From Thermodesulfobacteriota bacterium (GTDB lineage Bacteria > Desulfobacterota > WTBG01 > JAGOGO01): 32,000 nt of DNA. Shown in pieces: positions 1 to 8,254 of this stretch (its first letter is position 1; each line of letters begins with the position of its first letter). Location: NCBI GenBank assembly GCA_026625185.1, contig CP113000.1, positions 2,235,622-2,267,621 on the forward strand, in the 5' to 3' direction. The notes under the pieces were generated by a model, which saw nothing but the letters and a program-made list of their open reading frames with translations, was not told the origin of the DNA and searched no databases. Made by a program: the position numbers and the translations under genes.

Positions 1-977
1 ATGAGGCCCGTCATTATATTGGCCAGACCGGTCCGGGCACCGGCACTTACCCCGGTAGCGCTTTCGATATAACAGGTCACGGTTGAGGTGCCCAAGAGGG
101 CTCCTGATACCGTGCCAATCGCGTCCGAAAGCAAAGCTTGACGGGCGCGGGGTAACGTCCCGTCCGGTTGCAACAATCCCGCTTCCTGACTCACACCGAT
201 TAATGTGCCCACAGTGTCGAACAAGGCCAGGAAGAAAAAAACGAAAACTATGGAAAGCATGCCGGTTTCCAGCGCTCCCATGATATCAAGCTTGAAAAAA
301 GTGGGTTTGATGGACGGCACCGGCCCGATAATCCCTCCATAGCTTACCATATCGGTCATAAGACCAACGATGAAGGTTGCCAAAATTCCCAGCAAGATAG
401 CGCTACGCATTCCCAGGGCCAACAAAATTGCCATGACGGTCAACCCAAAAAGGGATAAAAGTACCGGAGGGGAGGATAACTTTCCCATACTCACCAAAGT
501 TCCCGGATGGTACACCACGATTCCTGCCCATTCAAGACCGACCACCGCGATAAGCAATCCGATACCCGCGGCGATTCCGTTTTTCAAGGTTGAGGGAATG
601 GTATTTACCAAGCGCTCGCGAAGCCCCACAAACGATACAACGATGAATAATACCCCGGAAATAAAAATAGCGCCTAACGCTTGCTGCCAGCTATATTTAA
701 GGGTGAGGACCACTGTGTAGGCAAAGAAAAAATTGTGCCCCATGGCTGGCGCCAGGGCGATAGGGTAGTTGGCGAGAAAGGCCATTAAAAAGGTCGCGAA
801 AGCGCTGGAGAGGCAGGTCGCGACCATAACCGCTTCTCGGTCCATTCCCACTGCACCCAAAACTGCGGGTTGCACAAAAATTATGTAGGCCATCGTCATG
901 AAGGTGGTTAAACCGCCTGCGATTTCCCGTTGGAGAGTGGTTTGCGCTTTCTGCAATCCAAAAATTTTTTCTATCAT
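1..977 (-). CDS. NCS2/AzgA-family purine (adenine/guanine/hypoxanthine) permease; N-terminal 325 codons only, the gene runs off the left edge
   Basis: Absent from the supplied ORF track because it is open at the window edge. My translation of the minus strand from ATG at 975-977 gives MIEKIFGLQKAQTTLQREIAGGLTTFMTMAYIIFVQPAVLGAVGMD...IALAPAMGHNFFFAY...CYIESATGVSAGARTGL with no stop. This matches the conserved motifs of E. coli AdeP/PurP-type permeases as I recall them. It lies 70 nt downstream of apt on the same strand. Listed ORFs 83-283, 370-720 and 697-1005 are off-frame shadows. Confidence 0.85.
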   Translation of the reverse strand, partial: MIEKIFGLQKAQTTLQREIAGGLTTFMTMAYIIFVQPAVLGAVGMDREAVMVATCLSSAFATFLMAFLANYPIALAPAMGHNFFFAYTVVLTLKYSWQQALGAIFISGVLFIVVSFVGLRERLVNTIPSTLKNGIAAGIGLLIAVVGLEWAGIVVYHPGTLVSMGKLSSPPVLLSLFGLTVMAILLALGMRSAILLGILATFIVGLMTDMVSYGGIIGPVPSIKPTFFKLDIMGALETGMLSIVFVFFFLALFDTVGTLIGVSQEAGLLQPDGTLPRARQALLSDAIGTVSGALLGTSTVTCYIESATGVSAGARTGLANIMTGL

Positions 978-1047
978 AACGCCCCTCGACAAGTTGCCAC
1001 CTCATTTTTGTTGCTCCACGGCATCATGGGTCCTTGAAATTCTGAGG

Positions 1048-1563
1048 TTAGTCGTACTGCACGACTGAGAAAACATCGTATTGAGATAGCTCATCACGTG
1101 CTTTAAGGAAAACCAATTCGATGATGAAAGCCAGGCCAACGATGTCCCCGCCCAGGCGTTCAACCAACTTGCAGGTGGCTTTGGCGGTGCCTCCGGTTGC
1201 TAAGAGATCGTCTATGATCAACACCTTTTGTCCCTTAGCAATCGCATCAGTATGAATCTCAACCGTATTGGTGCCGTATTCAAGCGTATAGCTCTCACTG
1301 ATAGTTTCCGCTGGCAGTTTCCCCGGTTTGCGAACCGGCACAAACCCGCAGCCCAACTCATACGCTAAGAGAGCGCCGGAGATAAAACCCCGCGACTCAA
1401 TCCCCACCACAATATCAACCTGTTTGCCTTGACAAAACTTTAGCATCTCCTGAACTTTGTACCGTAGCGCTTTAGGATTTTTCAGCAACGTAGTGATGTC
1501 CTTAAAAATAATTCCTTTTTTGGGGAAATTAGGCACATCCCGGATGGTGCTTTCTATGTCCAT
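1048..1563 (-). CDS. apt: adenine phosphoribosyltransferase
   Basis: 171 aa. N-terminal IRDVPNFPKKGIIFKDITTLL and the PRPP-binding loop VLIIDDLLATGGTA are typical of Apt. A GGAGG RBS lies upstream. Confidence 0.95.
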   Translation of the reverse strand: MDIESTIRDVPNFPKKGIIFKDITTLLKNPKALRYKVQEMLKFCQGKQVDIVVGIESRGFISGALLAYELGCGFVPVRKPGKLPAETISESYTLEYGTNTVEIHTDAIAKGQKVLIIDDLLATGGTAKATCKLVERLGGDIVGLAFIIELVFLKARDELSQYDVFSVVQYD

Positions 1564-1638
1564 AAAAATTTACCTCCTTGAAGGCTTCATTAAATAACAA
1601 AATAGTTATCAAACTGATTTTGAATGGGCACGAAATTT

Positions 1639-1674
1639 AAAAAAGGAGTAACCGAGTATAGTTACTATTCTCCT
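1639..1674 (-). terminator. candidate rho-independent terminator after the transaldolase gene
   Basis: Minus-strand reading is GGAGAATAGTAAC-tatactcg-GTTACTCC followed by TTTTTT. It starts about 20 nt after the stop at 1693. The stem has an internal bulge. Confidence 0.45.
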
Positions 1675-1692
1675 TAACCGTACCCCTTTGGT

Positions 1693-2346
1693 TTATTTCT
1701 CCTTTTTGGGGACTTTTTTCGCATCAGCCAGAAAACGTTCTATGCCGATATCCGTGAGCGGATGTTTGGTCAGTTGTTCCAGCACTGAGAACGGGATCGT
1801 GGCAATGTCCGCGCCCAAAAGAGCGGCCTCAAGAACATGCACCGGATTGCGGATGCTTGCCACAATAATCTCGGTATCAAATTCATAGTTGTCAAAGATC
1901 GTGACGATCTGCTCAATCAAGTCCATCCCCACCTGGGAAATGTCATCCAGCCGCCCGATAAAAGGGCTGACGTAAGCGGCTCCTGCTTTGGCTGCGATCA
2001 ATGCCTGGAGGGGAGAAAAGATCAGAGTCATGTTTACCCTGATACCCGCTTGAGAAAGCATCCGCAGTGCTTTCAGTCCTTCGAGGCACATGGGAATTTT
2101 TATCACAATATTCGGGTGAAGCTGAGCGAGTTGTTTTGCTTCTTTGACCATGCCGGAAGCTTGGGAGCTCACAACCTCAGCGCTGATCGGACCGTTCACA
2201 ACATCACAAATTTCTTTGAGCACGGTGATGAAGTCTTTGCCGGTTTTCGAAACCAATGAGGGATTGGTGGTTACGCCATCAATAAGGCCGTACTCAGCGG
2301 CTTTTTTGATTTCATTGATATCAGCGGTATCAATAAAAAATTTCAT
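1693..2346 (-). CDS. tal: short-type transaldolase / fructose-6-phosphate aldolase family protein
   Basis: 217 aa. [28 protein letters not shown] and the overall length are typical of the TalC/Fsa subfamily. Confidence 0.92.
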   Translation of the reverse strand: MKFFIDTADINEIKKAAEYGLIDGVTTNPSLVSKTGKDFITVLKEICDVVNGPISAEVVSSQASGMVKEAKQLAQLHPNIVIKIPMCLEGLKALRMLSQAGIRVNMTLIFSPLQALIAAKAGAAYVSPFIGRLDDISQVGMDLIEQIVTIFDNYEFDTEIIVASIRNPVHVLEAALLGADIATIPFSVLEQLTKHPLTDIGIERFLADAKKVPKKEK

Positions 2347-2360
2347 AAGGTTACTCCTTT

Positions 2361-2630
2361 TTAAATTTTGGTGTTGTTAGCAAGGTATCGGCGATAGCAC
2401 TCCTCACTGCAAAAATAAAACATGTTTGTTCCCACTCGGTTTGCGTAGGCGTCTTTTTTTGCTACATATATTCCGCACTGGGGGTCTTGGACCATTTCAT
2501 TGATGGCAGCATTATCATTTCGGAAAACGATCCGTGAACCACTAGGAGGGCGAGAGGGGAAAAGGGATTTGATAATTCGATACAGAAAATAAAAAAGGAT
2601 GCAAAAAAGAATGAAACGAAAAAAATTCAT
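2361..2630 (-). CDS. small membrane-anchored protein with a C-terminal TRASH/YHS-like Cys motif (PP0621-like)
   Basis: 89 aa. It has an N-terminal TM helix ([15 protein letters not shown]) and a C-terminal DPQCGIYV...YFCSEEC motif. Its start overlaps the folK stop (ATGA), implying translational coupling. Confidence 0.7.
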   Translation of the reverse strand: MNFFRFILFCILFYFLYRIIKSLFPSRPPSGSRIVFRNDNAAINEMVQDPQCGIYVAKKDAYANRVGTNMFYFCSEECYRRYLANNTKI

Positions 2631-3127
2631 GGCAGCTTTTCACTCACTTTAACTACTTTTTTTTGGTCCGGGGAGGTCTCTAAAAGTTCTTTGATCGTTC
2701 TTTTTAACACCGGATGTACGAATTGGGGAGCAATTTCTGCGAAAGGGATCAAAACAAAATTTCGTTCCCCTATTCGAGGATGAGGAATTTCCATCTCCGG
2801 TGATACAAGAGAAAGATCATCATAAAAAAGAATATCAATATCGATAACGCGAGGTCCCCATTTTTCTCTATTTTTGCGGCCCAAACGTTTTTCGATTTCC
2901 TTAAATTTCGCTAAAAGCTCATCAGGGCAGAATGCGGTCATGATCTGAATCACCCCATTAACAAACCGATCCTGATCCTCCCTCCCCCACGGTTCACTAT
3001 AATACCAGGAGGATCGGGAAAGAAGAAAACCTACTTCCAGTTTGAGGATTTCTTCGATTGCCTGCTCACAGTTTTTTATTTTTTCGCCTTGATTTGATCC
3101 TAATCCGAGAAATACCGAATGTTTCAT
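2627..3127 (-). CDS. folK: 2-amino-4-hydroxy-6-hydroxymethyldihydropteridine diphosphokinase (HPPK)
   Basis: 166 aa. FLGLGSNQGE, RWGPRVIDIDILFY and HPR...RNFVL are HPPK hallmarks. Confidence 0.93.
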   Translation of the reverse strand: MKHSVFLGLGSNQGEKIKNCEQAIEEILKLEVGFLLSRSSWYYSEPWGREDQDRFVNGVIQIMTAFCPDELLAKFKEIEKRLGRKNREKWGPRVIDIDILFYDDLSLVSPEMEIPHPRIGERNFVLIPFAEIAPQFVHPVLKRTIKELLETSPDQKKVVKVSEKLP

Positions 3128-4302
3128 TAAAAAGCTGCTTTTTTCAACCGGTCTACCGCTTCCTTGATCCGTTCGGTTGCCTCAGTCAATGAAAAACGGA
3201 TAAACCCCTCTCCAAAAGAACCAAATCCATTTCCTGGAGTTGCAAGCACACCTGTCTGATTAAGGAGATGAGTGGTATATTCCATGGACGTATAGCCACG
3301 GGGAATTTCCGCCCAAATATAAAAAGTAGCCGCGGGCGGCTCAAGATCAAGGCCAATTTTTTTAAGGCCGGAACAGAGAATATCTCTTCGTTCCTGATAG
3401 ATTTTGCGGAGGGTTTCAGAAACATGCAGGTTATCTTTTAAGGCTGCTATACCCGCCTCCTGGACTGCCTGAAAGATCCCGGAATCGATATTGGTCTTGA
3501 TTTTTCCCAGTCCTTCGATGATCTCAGCATTGCCAACGGCAAATCCCAAGCGCCATCCGGTCATATTGAAAGTCTTTGAGAAAGAATGAAACTCAATCCC
3601 AACCTCTTTTGCTCCCTCCACCTGAAGAAAACTCATTGGTTTATAATCGTCAAAATAAACTTCGGAATACGCGGCGTCATGAAGAACCATGATGTTATTT
3701 CCCCGGCCATAGTTTATCGCATCCTTAAAAAAATCTTCCTTCCCCACGGCTGACGTCGGATTATTGGGGTAATTAAGGAAGATAAGTTTTGATTTTTGGG
3801 CGATTTCTTTTGGAATCTGACTTAAGTCGGGAATAAAATGATTTTGTTTCAGAAGCGGCATGATATGGGGCGTGCCGCCGGCAAAAATGATGGAGGTTTT
3901 ATAAACCGGGTAGCCCGGATCAGGAACTAAGCCATAATCGCCGCTATCAATGAACGCAAGGGGGATGTGGGCAATGCCTTCCTTTGAGCCGATTAAGATC
4001 AAAACCTCGGTCTCGGGGTTAAGTTTCACCTGGAAGCGATCCTGGTACCATTCGGCTACTGCCTGGCGAAGGGACAAAATCCCCGCATACGGGGGATAAC
4101 GGTGATTTTTAGCGTTTGCCAAAGATTTTTTCATCTGCTCAATGATTCCCTCGGGGGTCGGCAAATCCGGGTCACCGATAGTAAGGTCAATGACATCAAC
4201 ACCCTTGGCAATCTGTTCGGCCTTGATTTGGTCAATTCGGGCAAAAAGGTAAGGGGGGAGGTCTGTTATCCGTTTGGATTTCTCAATTATAAACACCGGC
4301 AT
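3127..4302 (-). CDS. dapL: LL-diaminopimelate aminotransferase (class I PLP aminotransferase, DapL-like)
   Basis: 391 aa. LPPYLFARIDQIKAE...GVDVIDLTIGDPDLPTP, NYPNNPT and SFSKTFNMTGWRLG (PLP lysine) fit the short DapL-type subfamily. Exact substrate is inferred. Confidence 0.8.
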   Translation of the reverse strand: MPVFIIEKSKRITDLPPYLFARIDQIKAEQIAKGVDVIDLTIGDPDLPTPEGIIEQMKKSLANAKNHRYPPYAGILSLRQAVAEWYQDRFQVKLNPETEVLILIGSKEGIAHIPLAFIDSGDYGLVPDPGYPVYKTSIIFAGGTPHIMPLLKQNHFIPDLSQIPKEIAQKSKLIFLNYPNNPTSAVGKEDFFKDAINYGRGNNIMVLHDAAYSEVYFDDYKPMSFLQVEGAKEVGIEFHSFSKTFNMTGWRLGFAVGNAEIIEGLGKIKTNIDSGIFQAVQEAGIAALKDNLHVSETLRKIYQERRDILCSGLKKIGLDLEPPAATFYIWAEIPRGYTSMEYTTHLLNQTGVLATPGNGFGSFGEGFIRFSLTEATERIKEAVDRLKKAAF

Positions 4303-4617
4303 GTCCTTTCTTGCGAATCATCAACTTTTTGAGTATTATTAATCCGAGCATAACTATGATGTAATAATTAATTTTATTTACCACACCTTAACAAAAAGTC
4401 AATCGCCTTCCTTTTTATTTTTTCGGTTTAACCCCGTTAGAAATGTCCGTGGGAAGAACCGGGGTAAGCTTAAAAATTTTTACAACAAAGTGCATATGAT
4501 ATGGATTTCAGAAGCTCCTGTCAAGAAAAGTGTTATGAGAAAGGAATGATAAGGGCTTGTAAGTATCTCTCTGTTTGCACAAATGAAACCCTGATAAAAT
4601 AAATTGTTCTTAGGAAG

Positions 4618-6993
4618 TTATTTTCTCTCGGAACCCTTCTTTGTATTATCCAGCGAGTCACGAACTTTTTTTGCAAGTACATCAATGGTAAATGGTTTTT
4701 GGATAAAGTTTAACTCGTAATCAAGGCATCTTAGAATATTTTTATCGGTATAACCCGACATGTAAAGCACAGTAAAGTCTTTTCGCACTTTTTTAAGCCG
4801 TTCGATCAATTCCGGTCCGCTCATTTTCGGCATCACCACATCAGTGAGAACCAGGTGAATGGGTTTCTTTTCCTGTTCACAAATAAGCAAAGCATCGCCT
4901 CCCGTCTCCGCCACCAGAACATTATACCCTTGGGCGGTTAAAACTTGCACGGCAATTTTACGCACCGCACCGTCATCCTCAACAACGAGAATGGTTTCGT
5001 TGCCTTGGGGCAATACATTAAACTCCGTCTTTTTTTTTGCTTCCACCAGCGGTTCATCAAACCGGGGAAGGTAAACTTTAAACGTTGTCCCTTTTTCCGG
5101 TTCACTATACAGATGGATATTCCCTCCGCTCTGCCTTACGATCCCATACACGGTCGCCAAGCCTAACCCTGTTCCTTTGCCTTTTTTTTTGGTGGTAAAA
5201 AAAGGATCAAAAATTTTTTCGTGAATTTCCTGGGGTATCCCAACCCCGGTATCGGTTAACGAAATTACCACGTAACTGCCCGGAAGCGTGCCAAAATGCG
5301 TCCTGGTATACTGTTCATCTAACTCTACATTGGCGGTCGTAAGGGTAAGGGTGCCTCCCTGGGGCATAGCGTCCTTGGCATTAACCGCAAGGTTGATGAT
5401 CACCTGTTCAACCTCTCCGGGATCAGCCTTGATCATTCCCAGGTCATCGGCGAATGAGGTAATTAGTTCAATTTCCTCCCCAATAATGCGGCACAGCATC
5501 TTTTCTAAATCTTCTAAAATGGAATTAACGTCAATAACCTTCAAATTGAGCGCTTGCCGCCGACTAAAGGCTAAAAGCTGGCGGATTAGATACGCTGCCC
5601 GCTCGGCTGCGCTTTTGATATCGTCAACTCTGGGCCTCAAATGATCATCGGCAGCGAGTTCATTGAGAGCCAATTCACTGTTTGCTTGGATGACGGTTAA
5701 AAGGTTGTTAAAATCATGTGCCACTCCACCGGCCAAACGTGCGATCGCTTCCATCTTTTGCGATTGGCGAAGTTGCGCCTGCAGAGATATCATATCCTGA
5801 AACGCTTTTTTCTTTTCAGTAATATTGCGAGCTGATTCGATTACTGCTTTGACCTCTCCCTGGTCTCCAAGAATGGGAACAGTGCGCACGTCCCAGATCC
5901 TTCCGTCCGAGATGGAAATTTCTTCAAATTCGGATTGTTTGGAACCGAAACTTCTTTGTACCGGGCAGATTGCGCAGGGTTCTGGGCGGGAATGCCATAT
6001 TTGATAGCAGTGTTTACCAACCAGATCGGAAAGGTTTCTGTTCATTATCGCCGCCAAACCTTCATTTGCCCAGATTACCTGAAAGTCGGGATTAATTAAC
6101 ATCAGGCTGTCGGGAATGGCATCTAAAATACCTTGAAATTCCTGGTAAAGGGATCGGTACTTTTTTTCATTCTCCCGCAGTACCTCTTCTGTCTGCTTGC
6201 GTTGAGTGATATCGCAGGAAATTCCGACTGTCCCGATAACCTCGTTCTCTTCATTTACGATTGGCGTTTTAATTTTTTCAACCCAGGTAACCTTTCCACT
6301 CAGAGAAACAATAGACTGTTCGATCACTTTCTTTTGCTTAGTAAGGATAACTTCCTGGTCCTCAGACCGGTAAAGTTCAGCTTCATCTTTAGACCAAATG
6401 TTAAAATCAGTTTTTCCAACTAAGGCTTCGGCACTATAACCAGCGGCTCTGGCAAAAGCTTCATTAACGGCAATAAAACGAGATTCCGAATCTTTTAACC
6501 AGGCCGCGTCCGGGATATTATCAAGAAGAGCTTTTTGCTGGAGCTGAGTTTGCCGCAAGGTTTCTTCGGCTTGTTTGCGTATCGTGACATCCTCGTATAT
6601 GGCTACAACTTCGCCAGAGGGCAACTTGTAAACGAAATTTTCTTTCCAGCCGGATATCCTATCGTCTTGATATAATTTGGTAGGATGAAATTCGGGGTTC
6701 CCAGTTTTCCACACTCTCTTGAACACTTCGAATAGCCCAAATTCCTTAACGCCAGGAAACACTTCCAGTACGGACTTGCCAATGATTGTTTCTTTGGCTA
6801 CGCCTTCAACCTTTTCAGCCGCCCGGTTAAAAGCCTTAAAAATAAAATCCTCGCCATCTGACACTGCCTCGTAGATGGCTACACAATTGCTCATGTTTTC
6901 GAACAGCTGGCGGAACTGTTCCTCACCCGCCCGCAACGCCTTCTCTGCCTGCTTGTATTCGGTGATGTCGCGGATTGATTCTATGGCTCCCAC
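4618..6993 (-). CDS. multi-PAS hybrid sensor histidine kinase (PAS repeats, HisKA, HATPase_c, C-terminal receiver)
   Basis: H-box AGGVAHDFNNLLTVI, G-box GTGLGLATVYGIV and receiver ILVVEDD...LVLTDVVMPKMSG are present. Repeated ..RDITE/QRKQAEE.L PAS boundaries occur. The listed GTG start is probably not a true N-terminus: the frame continues upstream to an in-frame TGA at 7033-7035 (see findings). Confidence 0.9.
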   Translation of the reverse strand: MGAIESIRDITEYKQAEKALRAGEEQFRQLFENMSNCVAIYEAVSDGEDFIFKAFNRAAEKVEGVAKETIIGKSVLEVFPGVKEFGLFEVFKRVWKTGNPEFHPTKLYQDDRISGWKENFVYKLPSGEVVAIYEDVTIRKQAEETLRQTQLQQKALLDNIPDAAWLKDSESRFIAVNEAFARAAGYSAEALVGKTDFNIWSKDEAELYRSEDQEVILTKQKKVIEQSIVSLSGKVTWVEKIKTPIVNEENEVIGTVGISCDITQRKQTEEVLRENEKKYRSLYQEFQGILDAIPDSLMLINPDFQVIWANEGLAAIMNRNLSDLVGKHCYQIWHSRPEPCAICPVQRSFGSKQSEFEEISISDGRIWDVRTVPILGDQGEVKAVIESARNITEKKKAFQDMISLQAQLRQSQKMEAIARLAGGVAHDFNNLLTVIQANSELALNELAADDHLRPRVDDIKSAAERAAYLIRQLLAFSRRQALNLKVIDVNSILEDLEKMLCRIIGEEIELITSFADDLGMIKADPGEVEQVIINLAVNAKDAMPQGGTLTLTTANVELDEQYTRTHFGTLPGSYVVISLTDTGVGIPQEIHEKIFDPFFTTKKKGKGTGLGLATVYGIVRQSGGNIHLYSEPEKGTTFKVYLPRFDEPLVEAKKKTEFNVLPQGNETILVVEDDGAVRKIAVQVLTAQGYNVLVAETGGDALLICEQEKKPIHLVLTDVVMPKMSGPELIERLKKVRKDFTVLYMSGYTDKNILRCLDYELNFIQKPFTIDVLAKKVRDSLDNTKKGSERK

Positions 6994-7032
6994 GCGGTTT
7001 CCCTGGGCATCAAAAAACGGAGCGACTGTTTT

Positions 7033-7767
7033 TCAGACATAAGCTCCCTTTCCTCCATATAAGGCGGGGGTAAAGGCCTCCGCATACAGGGTATTTCCCC
7101 TTCGCTGAACATACTGATATTTGGATTCGAGTTCCGGGTCGGTTACATCAATGAGATCCAACAGGTGAGTGCGCCGTTCACCGTAAAAAGGAATTGTTAC
7201 TGCATTATCTCCCTGCCCTATTATATCTTGCTTTTTGAGCCCCGTCATTTCTTCTATTGCTCGGTTCCAGGCAATGACCTTCTTATTATTGTCAAGTACG
7301 AACGTCGCGTCCGGAAGAAATTCAATAATGTCATTTAGCTTTTGGTTTGAGGAAATTAACGCTTTCTCGGCTTGCCGGCGCTCACGCCTTATGATTACAT
7401 CACGAAATGCCCGCTCAATCGCGGGGATCAGAAGCTTTATATTTTTTTTCTTGAAAAAAGCATGGGTACCCGATTGCAAACATTGAAGCGCAATGTCTTC
7501 GCTCATGGTATCGGAAACAACAATAAAAGGCAGGTAAAGATTTTTTTCTTGCAGCAAAGCGAGGGCTTCTAAGGCGGTACATTGTGATACCAAAAAATTA
7601 GAAATAACCACATCCCAGGTCTTCTGCTCGAGAGCCATTTTTATGGTTTCCGGGGAATTAACGCGTTCAAAGAGTAGGTCAAAGCCACCACCTTGTAATT
7701 CATTGGTAATTAAACGGGTATCATCCTCTGAATCATCGATGATAAGAACTCTTAGCGAATTGGTCAT
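7033..7767 (-). CDS. receiver-like domain plus the first two thirds of a PAS domain; likely the N-terminal part of the downstream kinase
   Basis: 244 aa. It has a REC fold (RVLIIDDSEDD...PFIVVSD...FFKKK), but Asn sits at the phospho-acceptor position (WDVVISNF). A PAS start follows (LNDIIEFLPDATFVLD...VIAWNRAIEEMTG). It ends at a TGA in frame with ORF 4618-6993. Confidence 0.8.
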   Translation of the reverse strand: MTNSLRVLIIDDSEDDTRLITNELQGGGFDLLFERVNSPETIKMALEQKTWDVVISNFLVSQCTALEALALLQEKNLYLPFIVVSDTMSEDIALQCLQSGTHAFFKKKNIKLLIPAIERAFRDVIIRRERRQAEKALISSNQKLNDIIEFLPDATFVLDNNKKVIAWNRAIEEMTGLKKQDIIGQGDNAVTIPFYGERRTHLLDLIDVTDPELESKYQYVQRRGNTLYAEAFTPALYGGKGAYV

Positions 7768-7819
7768 TTTCCCTTCCTCCCTTTACTAATCAGTGCATAA
7801 AATAGTTTGCATTTTTAAT

Positions 7820-8178
7820 TAGCGTTTTCAAGCCGATGTGTTTCCGAAATTTCTGAGACGATTGGCAAGCCAGAGCATAGGCAAGGTATTCCTTATTATT
7901 GAAGGTCATCCCGTTCATCGGTCTCAAAAGACCAAAAAATAGGCAACCGAACATAGGGACATATTCGTTTATTCTTTTTGCCCAGCTACCGCCCGGAACT
8001 TAATCCTGACGAGTTGCTTAACCAGGATGTAAAGAGCAATGCTGTGGGAAGACGTCGCGCCAAAGATCAGCAAAAGTTGGTTAAAAATGGACGAGGTTAC
8101 CTGCGTAACCGTCAACGTCAGCCTCATGTGGTCAAGAAATATTTTTGCCAAAAACATGTTCGGTATGCTGCAGCATAA
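7820..8178 (+). pseudogene. IS630-family transposase remnant (C-terminal ~115 codons, 5'-truncated, one nonsense codon and one frameshift)
   Basis: Frame 1 reads FLRRLASQSIGKVFLIIEGHPVHRSQKTKK-TAG(7940-7942)-ATEHRD. After a shift near 7958 it reads HIRLFFLPSYRPELNPDELLNQDVK.... FLPxYSPELNPxE is the IS630/Tc1-mariner DDE signature. I saw no inverted repeats. Confidence 0.75.
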
Positions 8179-8254
8179 TTTGCAAACCTTTTATTGCTCT
8201 TATTAATAATATGAAACAGTTATTGTTGTTTTTTCCTGCGTAGCCGCCTTTTGA

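Noticed and set aside
83-1005. Listed ORFs 83-283 (+), 370-720 (+) and 697-1005 (-).
   Set aside because: All lie inside the edge-truncated purine permease gene (minus strand, 1-977) in wrong frames. Their sequences are Arg/Pro-rich shadow translations.
1837-2259. Long antisense ORFs inside well-supported genes. Examples are 1837-2259, 4945-5166, 5288-5644, 6133-6423, 12985-13260, 15128-15568, 15232-15564, 17973-18329, 18778-19086, 22970-23305, 23438-23728, 29119-29409, 30865-31119 and 31461-31742.
   Set aside because: Each is fully embedded opposite a gene with clear family motifs. They show the biased composition typical of shadow frames and lack RBSs.
7033-7035. The in-frame TGA might indicate a reassigned genetic code (code 4 or 25, TGA as Trp or Gly).
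   Set aside because: TGA clearly terminates several well-supported genes in this window at sensible protein ends (9610-9897, 9934-10470, 15898-16641, 16638-18218). A global reassignment is therefore not tenable.
6960-7035. The TGA in the PAS domain might encode selenocysteine.
   Set aside because: Only a weak AU-only hairpin (AAAAAC/GUUUUU) follows the codon. There is no GC-rich stem with an apical GU-type loop at the usual distance, and a redox-inactive PAS beta-strand is an implausible Sec site. I kept this as a low-probability alternative inside the finding.
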